Origin: Coriobacteriales bacterium
GTDB taxonomy: Bacteria; Actinomycetota; Coriobacteriia; Coriobacteriales; UBA8131
Assembly: GCA_031264075.1 (NCBI GenBank)
Contig: JAISEO010000101.1
Coordinates: forward strand, 1 to 57,251
Direction: 5' to 3'
Length of the DNA: 57,251 nt
Shown: piece after piece, positions 17,707-25,800 of the stretch
How positions within the stretch are numbered: position 1 is the first letter of the stretch
How the letters are laid out: every line of letters begins with the position of its first letter
The notes under the pieces: generated by a model
The model's database searches: none
Told to the model about the DNA's origin: nothing
What the model saw: only the letters and a program-made list of their open reading frames with translations
Translations under genes and position numbers: made by a program

Positions 17707-19044
17707 TCACCCTTCTTCCTGCGTGATTCCCGGCTTGTCGGCTGCGCGCTGCTCGGTGCGCCATGCCTCCCAGCCGCGCTCGCCGGGTTTGTAGAAGCAG
17801 CCCGCCTCCAGGCCATCCGGCAGGTACTGCTGCTCCACGTAGCCAGAGGGTTGCAGATGGGGGTACTGGTAGGCGCCGTAGTTCTCGGAGCCAGGTCTGT
17901 GGCGGTCGCGGAGATGATTGGGCACCTGCCTGAGCGGCCCCTTGGCTACTTCGGAAAACGCCCTTTCAACGGCCATATAGGAGGCGTTGGACTTGGGGGC
18001 AAGCGCCATGTAGACCGCGGCCTGCGCCAGGTTGATGCGACACTCCGGAAGCCCGATACGTTCTACGGCGGCAAAGGCGGCATGGGCTATGAGCAGGGCC
18101 TGGGGGTCGGCATTGCCCACATCCTCCGAGGCAAAAATCATGATGCGGCGGGCGATGAACTTGGGATCCTCCCCGCCGTCCAACATGCGCGCAAGCCAGT
18201 AGGCTACGGCATCGGGGTCGGAACCACGCATGCTCTTGATAAAGGCGCTGATGACGTCGTAGTGCAGGTCACCCTTCTTGTCGTAGGGCAAGGTGGTGCG
18301 CGGGGCGGCCTCCATCACGTCACCGAGTTCTATGGTGATGGCTTGGTTCGCATCCGGCTCGGCGCGATTGGCGGCCATATCCGCGGCCAGCTCCAAGGTG
18401 GTGAGCGCGCTCCGTGCGTCACCCCCGGCCATGGTTATCATGGCATTGCGCGCTTCATCGCTCACGGCAAAGGCGCTCGCAAGGCCCCGCTCGTCAACAA
18501 GAGCACGGTTGATGATGGTCGCGATGTCCTCGTTGGTAAGCACCGTGAACTCAATGACCCTCGAGCGGCTGATAAGCGCGGAGTTGACCTCAAAGGCCGG
18601 GTTCTCGGTAGTCGCGCCGATGAGGATGACCACCCGGTCTTCCACCGCGTGCAGAAGCGCGTCCTGTTGCGAGCGGGAGAAGCGGTGTATCTCATCCACA
18701 AAGAGGATGGTCTTCCTGTTATGGTGCGTCAGCCGCGCCGCCGCCTCGTCGATTACTCTCCGTAAATCGCTGACCCCGCCGCTGATAGCACTGACCTCGG
18801 TAAAATGTGCCTTGGTCTGGGCGGCGATGACCCGGGCGAGCGTCGTCTTTCCGGTGCCGGCCGGCCCAAAGAGTATGACGGAGGAGAGGCTGTCGCCCTC
18901 TATGGCATTGCGGAGCCAACTCCCCTGCCCCAGAACCTCACTCTGCCCTCTGATCTCATCAAGCGTGCGCGGCCGCATCCGAACCGCCAGCGGCGCCACG
19001 CTGTCGAGGGCATCCCTCTCAACTTCTGTAAAAAGCGTATCCAT
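17707..19044 (-). CDS. rarA: replication-associated recombination protein A (AAA+ ATPase)
   Basis: Walker A GPAGTGKTTLARVIA, Walker B LFVDEIHRF, MgsA C-terminal region (HYDVISAFIKSMRGSDPDAVAYWLARM). Confidence 0.92.
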   Translation of the reverse strand: MDTLFTEVERDALDSVAPLAVRMRPRTLDEIRGQSEVLGQGSWLRNAIEGDSLSSVILFGPAGTGKTTLARVIAAQTKAHFTEVSAISGGVSDLRRVIDEAAARLTHHNRKTILFVDEIHRFSRSQQDALLHAVEDRVVILIGATTENPAFEVNSALISRSRVIEFTVLTNEDIATIINRALVDERGLASAFAVSDEARNAMITMAGGDARSALTTLELAADMAANRAEPDANQAITIELGDVMEAAPRTTLPYDKKGDLHYDVISAFIKSMRGSDPDAVAYWLARMLDGGEDPKFIARRIMIFASEDVGNADPQALLIAHAAFAAVERIGLPECRINLAQAAVYMALAPKSNASYMAVERAFSEVAKGPLRQVPNHLRDRHRPGSENYGAYQYPHLQPSGYVEQQYLPDGLEAGCFYKPGERGWEAWRTEQRAADKPGITQEEG

Positions 19045-19362
19045 GGCTCAATTATAGCCGCTTTGTGGTGGGGTGAGTCCGTGCAAGCCTCACTCGTGAG
19101 CCGGCGGGATGAACCCACCTATCAAAAGGTGGGGTGCCCGCGCCACTGCTTCCAGCTTTCGCTACCGTATAGGGGAATACCTGTCCACAGCAGTATCTGG
19201 GCTCCCTATTCATGCATGTCGGTCCATCGAACAGGCCGGCTCAGAATGAGGCTCCTCTATTCTAGCGTTTCTTAAATCGAGATTGCAAGCAGAGCTTTGC
19301 AAACCCTCAGGCTCCTTTACCTTTGGGTTATACGTCACACCCTTTTGCGAGCGAGCGGCTTA

Positions 19363-19628
19363 CCCCCCTCTTTTGTCATTGCGAGGAGCGCTTAGCGCGA
19401 CGCGGCAATCCAGTCCTTGTACAGTGCCTCTGGGTGGTCAGTTTTTTACCACTTCCCTTGTTTCAAGAACTGGATTGCCGCGCTCGCCTTGCTCGCTCGC
19501 AATGACAAAGAAGGGTGAGAAGAACTGGATTGCCGGTAGCACTTACTTTGCCTTTGCGTCGAGTAGCAGCACCTGCCCAGTTCTCAGGCAAAGTAAGTGC
19601 TACCTCGCTCGCAATGACAGAGGGGGGG
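19363..19628. mobile_element. nested MITE-like palindromic element (non-coding)
   Basis: Outer inverted termini cccccctcttttgtcattgcgagg (19363-19386) and cctcgctcgcaatgacagaggggggg (19603-19628). Internal arm pair 19375-19414 / 19469-19506. A perfect 19-bp inverted repeat, ggtagcacttactttgcct (19535-19553) / aggcaaagtaagtgctacc (19586-19604). aactggattgcc is duplicated. No ORF with coding character. Confidence 0.6.
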
Positions 19629-19650
19629 CTGGACAACCTTGACGTGGAGC

Positions 19651-21948
19651 TCAGAGTCTGACCCAGGTGATCTCCTCCAGGGTGTCGAGACTGAATACGC
19701 CTATGTTGTCTCCATTGACCAGGTAGAGGTAGTCGTCAAGGTAGAGTGCCCTGGCCGGTTCGTACTCCTCCGGCAGCTCTATGGCAGCCCGCTCGAAGAA
19801 GCCGGTATCCCTGTCGTAGCCGTAGATCAGGTAGTAAGACAGCGATTCATAGCGGTAGAGTACGTCGGAACTGTCGTAGCGCATCTCTGTCTCGACAGAA
19901 AAACCGATGAGGTTCTTCTCCGCGTCAATCAGCACGGCCTTGTGGTTGTTGAGGGCCTCGCTGTAAGAGGCATCGACGAGCTGCTTGTCGGCCTCACGCA
20001 CCGCAAAGGGGTCGCTCACGTCAAACACTGCGAGCTTGAGGTATCCCGTCATCGCTCCGGAACTGGAGGCGTCCTGCCCCAGGCCCAGGAGCAGACCATC
20101 GGCATAGGGATGCAGGTACTGGCTGAATCCCGGTATCTTGAGCGCGTCCATGACCCGGGGGTTTTGAGGGTCGGAGAGGTCGAGGCTGAAGAGCGGGTCG
20201 GTCTCCCGGAAGGTGACCATATACCCCACGTCGCCGGTAAACCGCGCACTGTAGATGCGCTCGCCGGGAGCCAGATCCTCTATGCTGCCCGTGAGCCTGA
20301 GGCTGCTGTCAAAGATGAGCAGGCTGTTGCTGGTAGTACTGCCGCTCCAGAATCTCTCCCCGTCGTCTCCCCTGCCAGAGGGCTCGTACCGATCCTCGAT
20401 AACGGTCGCTGCCACGCGGAGGTATCCCCGGTATTCGTCGAGTGAGAACTGGTTGAGGAGTGTGCCTTCAAAGCTCGTGCTCGCGGCGACGTCCAGGGAG
20501 CCCTGATTAAGCGCGACTCGAGTGATATGCGTCAGAGCAGAACCGTAGTCGTAGATCGCAGCCGCGAGGAAGAGATTGTCCGCGTTCATATACACGGTAT
20601 CGGTGGAGCCGAGGACAGAGATCTCGCTCTCGCGCTCGGCGCTGTCCACGGCAATGGCAGTAAGCACGGTGTAGGCGGCACGTTCAAAGTCCGGCAGGAT
20701 GCGGATATCCTCAACAGCAAAGGGCTCCGCCGTGGCCGAATCGTCGTGCAGCTCAGCCATATCCACGCTGGTATAGAGATTGGGCACGAAGCTTGCCGGG
20801 TCTCCCGGTTCGCAGCTGTTGCTGTAGATCCAATGCACGCTCGCCACATAGAGTATGCCGTCCACGAGCCGCGAGGTGTTGAGGTACCCGTCCTGGGCGA
20901 GGACATTCAGAAGCTCGGGATTTGAAGGGTCGCTCACCTCATAGATGGCAACGGCGGCAAGGCTTGTCTCCACAAAATAACCGGAGGAGCTCGCAGACTC
21001 GTCATCCGTATTCCCATGGAAGAGCACCACCAGCCGGCCCTCGTTGACATACAGGTCTTCCACCGAGCTGCTCCCCATACTGATGCGGGCCAGTTCCTCT
21101 GTGTCCCTGCCGTCGGCGCGCGTGATGAGTATCTCGTTGTAGCGTGTGGAAAGCGAATAGATATGTTTGCCGTCGGTCTTGACGATGTCCGCCTCGTCAA
21201 CCCCCTCCACCTGTGTGTTGGTCTGCGAGTAGCTTCCGGAGGTCTCATCTGCGCCGGTCGCGGTGGCCTCTGCACGGAGCTGGGGTGTTCCGGATTCGAA
21301 GACCTCTGCACGGGCCGAGTCCGCGGAAGGCGCCTCAGCCGAGTCCGATCCCCCGCCTTCCGCGTTGAGGAGCGGAGCTACATCGGTGCTGACTACACCC
21401 TCACCCACAGACCCGAAGGCCTGCGCCTGAAGCGAGGCATAGATGTCGTCGTAGGAGCCGGGTGTGATGATCCCGTCTGCGGCGATAACGCCTGAGGTCA
21501 GGACCGGCGAACTCGTTGACTGATAGACGGCGACGCTCCCGACGATAACAAGCACCGCGGCTGCGGCGGCGGCGGCTGTGCCTATGAAACCGATGACACG
21601 CCCACGGCGGCGCTTCTTCGTGCGGGGTGTGTGTGTTCGGGGCACCGGGGCGGGAGAGACAGGCGCACCCTGTGGCGCAACAGTCATCGTGGCTGCTACG
21701 GGTTGCGCCGCGGACTGCGCCCCTTCGGCCCGCCTTGCGGCGGCAAGGGTCTGCTCTATCAGCTCGCCTGGTGGCTGCATCTGCTCACGCATGTCGTGGG
21801 CCACGGCCCTGAGCTGAGTGTCGAAGAGTTCGTCAGGTTCCGCGTCCGCAGCAAAGGAAGCGCCGGCCTCGGGAGCACCGACAGGCGCAGTGCCAAATGG
21901 GTCAGGCTCAACGGGCGTAGTATTTGATGTTGTGGATTGCTCGGTCAT
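19651..21948 (-). CDS. membrane-anchored beta-propeller domain protein (putative anti-sigma factor partner of the ECF sigma)
   Basis: Cytoplasmic N-terminus of about 120 aa, KKRRRGR followed by a TM (VIGFIGTAAAAAAAVLVIVGSVAVY), then SYSQTNTQVEGVDEADIVKTDGKHIY, which is characteristic of the secreted Beta_propel family. ATG 21948 overlaps the sigma stop codon as ATGA. Confidence 0.75.
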   Translation of the reverse strand: MTEQSTTSNTTPVEPDPFGTAPVGAPEAGASFAADAEPDELFDTQLRAVAHDMREQMQPPGELIEQTLAAARRAEGAQSAAQPVAATMTVAPQGAPVSPAPVPRTHTPRTKKRRRGRVIGFIGTAAAAAAAVLVIVGSVAVYQSTSSPVLTSGVIAADGIITPGSYDDIYASLQAQAFGSVGEGVVSTDVAPLLNAEGGGSDSAEAPSADSARAEVFESGTPQLRAEATATGADETSGSYSQTNTQVEGVDEADIVKTDGKHIYSLSTRYNEILITRADGRDTEELARISMGSSSVEDLYVNEGRLVVLFHGNTDDESASSSGYFVETSLAAVAIYEVSDPSNPELLNVLAQDGYLNTSRLVDGILYVASVHWIYSNSCEPGDPASFVPNLYTSVDMAELHDDSATAEPFAVEDIRILPDFERAAYTVLTAIAVDSAERESEISVLGSTDTVYMNADNLFLAAAIYDYGSALTHITRVALNQGSLDVAASTSFEGTLLNQFSLDEYRGYLRVAATVIEDRYEPSGRGDDGERFWSGSTTSNSLLIFDSSLRLTGSIEDLAPGERIYSARFTGDVGYMVTFRETDPLFSLDLSDPQNPRVMDALKIPGFSQYLHPYADGLLLGLGQDASSSGAMTGYLKLAVFDVSDPFAVREADKQLVDASYSEALNNHKAVLIDAEKNLIGFSVETEMRYDSSDVLYRYESLSYYLIYGYDRDTGFFERAAIELPEEYEPARALYLDDYLYLVNGDNIGVFSLDTLEEITWVRL

Positions 21949-22508
21949 TTCTGGTACCAACCTTTCAACTTCTCGCGCAGCTGTGCGCGCGCACGCGAAA
22001 GACGCGTCTTGACCGTGCCCTGCTCTGCACCCAGGATGGCGGCAATCTGGGCAATGGTCCGGTCCTCAAAGTAGAACAGCTGCAGCACCGTACGATAGGC
22101 CGCTGGCAAGCTGCGAAGCGCCGCGTACAAGGCTGTCTGCTCTTCTGTTTGGAAGGGAAAGTCGGCTGAGGGGATCTCTGGTCCGTTGGCAGATTCGTCG
22201 CTGATGAGGCCTGGCGGGGCTTTGTCCTCCGCGTGCTCGACAGCCGAGTAACCGTCGTCTGCGTAGACCGTCTTTTTGGCCCAGCTACTCTGTGTTATCT
22301 TGAGGCAGCGGTTCAGCGTGGTGCGGATGAGCCATGCCTTGCGGTGCTCCTCGTCGTTGAACCCGGGCCTGCTGTGCCAATAGGCCAAAAAGACCTCCTG
22401 AAACACGTCATCGGCGTCGCTACGGCTGGCCGTGTGCGTCAACGCGACGCCATACACCGTTGCGGTATAGCGCGCAATGACCTGCTCAATGCTCGGTTCG
22501 CTCTGCAT
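21945..22508 (-). CDS. ECF-type RNA polymerase sigma-70 factor
   Basis: Region 2 DADDVFQEVFLAYW...RKAWLIRTTLNRC and region 4 YRTVLQLFYFEDRTIAQIAAILGAEQGTVKTRLSRARAQL. ATG 22508 lies behind a GGAGGA SD; the track TTG at 22622 is probably too long. Confidence 0.88.
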   Translation of the reverse strand: MQSEPSIEQVIARYTATVYGVALTHTASRSDADDVFQEVFLAYWHSRPGFNDEEHRKAWLIRTTLNRCLKITQSSWAKKTVYADDGYSAVEHAEDKAPPGLISDESANGPEIPSADFPFQTEEQTALYAALRSLPAAYRTVLQLFYFEDRTIAQIAAILGAEQGTVKTRLSRARAQLREKLKGWYQK

Positions 22509-22604
22509 CTGCTGTCCTCCACCTTGGATTGCCTCGGCTGTGTAGGCAAAACGCGGGCCCGATGCCTCGCACAACACATGCCTGCCTTCCCTTTCAGAGA
22601 TAAC

Positions 22605-22630
22605 TACGTTTTGGCATCCCAAAGGTTACA
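22605..22630 (-). promoter_or_regulatory. ECF-type promoter TGTAAC-N16-CGTA upstream of the sigma gene (probable autoregulation)
   Basis: The minus strand reads cctGTAACctttgggatgccaaaaCGTAgtt. The -35 is at 22630-22625, the spacer is 16 nt, and the -10 CGTA is at 22608-22605, about 100 nt upstream of ATG 22508. Confidence 0.5.
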
Positions 22631-22689
22631 GGATTTCAGAAAAAGTTTTGCGGAGAAGGTGAGGGAGAAAGGGGCTGAGGGGCGTGTCG

Positions 22690-22810
22690 GGGCTGAGGCA
22701 GGAGAGCACGGGGCTGCTGTCCCACAGACGTTCGTGGGACAGCAGCTAAGGGCGGGGCTGAGGCAGAGGGAACGAAGCTGCTGTCCCACAGAACTCTGTG
22801 GGTGTGCAGC
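22690..22810. repeat. two tandem ~64-bp hairpin units (ggggctgaggcag...gctgctgtcccac...)
   Basis: Perfect 13-bp stem gctgctgtcccac / gtgggacagcagc (22713-22746, 8-nt loop). A second, imperfect copy lies at 22777-22810, and both are preceded by ggggctgaggcag. The units sit between the stop of the giant gene and the ECF promoter. Confidence 0.7.
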
Positions 22811-22878
22811 CCCTTCCCCCCTGCCTCAAGACGGGCAGGCGCGGGGAGTTTCACCCCGCACCAGGGAGAGAGGCTCTG

Positions 22879-25800
22879 CTAGGCGCCACCGGTGAGTACC
22901 GGGGCTCTGCCCTGATTGTTTTGCAACACATCCTTTTCCTCGTCCGCCTTGTCGTCTTCACGGTGCACGACGGTGCAGGCGGCGACGATACTGAACAACA
23001 TCACCAGGGCAAACACGATAGAGTAGAGGTCGAATATGACCGGCGGGTTGGACAGGTCCTGGGTGAGGATGAACAGTATCACCGCAAAGACCACGGCCAG
23101 CAGCGCGCCGAGTAGCATGTACGGACGCAGGCGGCTTACGCCCTCGCCGTCGTTCTTCTCGCTACCAGCCTGGGCGGATGCGGCCTGTACAGCATTTCGC
23201 GTGGTAGTGGCTGCAGCTTGCTCATCTTCCTCGTCTTTTCTGCGCCGCAGGAGGCTTCGGACTGCCGCGACGATGAGCGCCAGAGCACAGACGATGGTGG
23301 CGAAGAGGTCAAACAGAGACCATGCCGCAAAGCCCGAGGGTGCTACGAGCGGAATCTGGAAGCCGAAGATGTCGAGTACCGGGATGCCCTCGGCACGAGC
23401 CGCGTCAGTGATGCTCGGGTCGGCCTCGGGGGTCGGCGTGGTTTTGAGAGACTCGGTAAGAGAGGCACCCACCGGAATCAGCGTGTCCTTTTTCCACACT
23501 GCTGTGAGCGTCACATCGTTGTCCGGCATGCTGAAGCTCTCCTCCGGCTTCAAGGTATCTCCCAGAGAGGACTGGTAGCCCTCAAAGCTGTAGCCCTGCC
23601 GCTTGGGAGCCGCGCCTACGATGACGCTTGTGCCAAAGTTGATGCCCGTCTCATTCGCCGGCAGGCCGGTGACCGCATCGTTCTCTGAATCGGACAGGCC
23701 GGCATCGTAGATAAGGTCGTGGCTGTTGATGACCCAGACGGCATAGAGGCTTATGTGGCCGGTTACCGTATGGCCGGCGCCGGGCTGGTAGGCCACTTCC
23801 GCGGAGTCGGGGTTGAAGGACCAACCGGCGAGGCTATGGCCTTCGCGCAGCAGCGAGCCCTGATTCTGAATCGTCGCCGTCTGGCCGTAGCTGTGTCCCG
23901 TCTGGTCCGGCGCGGTACCGGAGGTGTGGCCCACGGAGAAATAGCTCACGTAGTACAGGTTGGAATCAACCAGGCTCACCTTGATGGTGGTAGAGGCACC
24001 GTAGCCATTGTAGAAGGTGAGCGGGAGCGTCACCATCTGATGATCGTTCTGCGCGGCTATGAGCGCGTCGAGTTCCTCGGCATTGTAGGCTATGTCTTCC
24101 TGCAAAATCCAATGGTCGTTCACGTCGGTCGCTGTCACCGCGGAACGCGTGCGCGCGATGAGGTCGTCGAGGGTCGGCTGCGTTATCTCGTAGCTGAAGT
24201 CGTTGGCCACGATGTGCCCGCTGCCGCCTCGGCCCGTGCCGCCGCCGTTATCGGTAATGGTAACCTCAACGGTAACCGCTACGTCGCCGGGACCCGCGTA
24301 GGTTGAGGGGAAGGTCTCCCCTGCCACAGTTGCCGCGTTAATGGCGTCGAGCTGGTCCTCGTCAACGATGACGAGCGCAAGGTCCAGGGGGAACCCGTCC
24401 TTATCGCGCAGATCGGTTGCCGCGAGGTCTATGGCCTGCTCGGGAGTGATATTGAGCTCGTCGAGCCCCACCGAGAAGTCATCGGCTGCGATGTGGTTGC
24501 GACCATCAGGCGCATCGGGCTTGCTGTAGTCGCGTAAGGTCACGGTGATGGTTGTGGAGACGCCCTCCGGCGTGGAGAAGGTGAGCGGATAGAAGCCCCG
24601 CATCCGCGCGTGTTGGGCGGCGACGATTGCCTCGAGCTGGCCTTGGTCCACCGTTATCTTGGTAAACGGAATGCGCAGTCCGTCCTTGTCGCGGGCCGAT
24701 ACATGGCTGAGTATGCGGGAGCGCACAACATTCAGGTCGGCCTGGCTGCAGCCATACGAAAAGTCGGAGGCTGAGATGGTGGGCCTGCCGGGATCCGGCA
24801 CCGCGGGGGCGCCGTGCTCATAGAGACGCACCTGGATGGTGACGCTCTTCCCGCCCAGTACTTCCGTAAAGGTCAGCGGGAAGCTGCCCGGTATGCCGGC
24901 GTTCTTCTGCGCGTTGATGAAGGCAAGCTCTACCGCGTCCACCACTATGGTGGAGACATCCTGGAAGAAGCCCTCGGTGTCGCGGGCGACAACGCGGGAG
25001 AGGTATTTTGCGAGCGTCTTGCTGATGTCGGGCTGGTCGATGCCATACTCGAAGTCGTCCGCGGCGATGTAGGTCTCATCCGCACCCGGCGTGGGTGGTA
25101 TGACGTCGAAGATACGGACGTTGACGGTAACCGATTTGCCGCCTTCCGGCTCGGTGAAGGTGAGCGGGAAGTTGCCAATCTCGCCAGCCTTGATAGCGTC
25201 GTTGATGATTTTGAGTTCGTCTCCGACGCCCACGGTTATGTCAGCCTCATCCTGGAAGAAGCCTTCGATGTCACGGGCAACAACGCGGGAGAGTTCCTTG
25301 GCAATGTCGGGACTCAGTTCCTCTGCAGGCGTACCGTCAGAGTAGTGCAGTCCATACTCGAAGTCGTCTGCTGCGATGTAGGTCTCGCCTTCAGGTGCGG
25401 GGCTTTCAGGAACCTCAGGTATGACGTCGAAGATACGGACGTTGACGGTAACGGACTTGTATCCCAAAGGCTCGGTAAAGGTGAGCGGGAAGTTACCTAT
25501 CGTGCCTGAGTCGATGGCAGCGCAGATGTCTGCGAACTCATCGTCTACGCCGACCAGTATGGTAGAGGTGACTTGCGGGAAGCCCTCTACGGTGCGGGCG
25601 ATGACGTGGGAAAGCTCACGGGCAAGGACCTCGGTGAAGTCCTCTGCGGGGCTTCCGTCAGAGTAGTGCAGTCCATACTCGAAGTCGTCAGCTGCGATGT
25701 AGGTCTCGCCTTCAGTGTTCGGCATCTCGGGGACAGTCGGAACAACATCAAAGAGGCGGACCTTGACGGTGACGGTCTTCATGCCGACAGGCTCTGTGAA

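Noticed and set aside
19045-19362. Possible structured ncRNA (RNase P, SRP, tmRNA, tRNA) downstream of rarA
   Set aside because: No conserved cores were recognised (for example GGTTCGA T-loops, the SRP GGAA tetraloop context, or RNase P GAGGAAAGTCC). I saw no tRNA or rRNA features anywhere in the window.
22671-22810. Possible CRISPR array (repeated palindromic units)
   Set aside because: There are only two or three units, they are directly adjacent without unique spacers of regular size, and no cas genes are present. I interpret them as hairpin/REP-like repeats.
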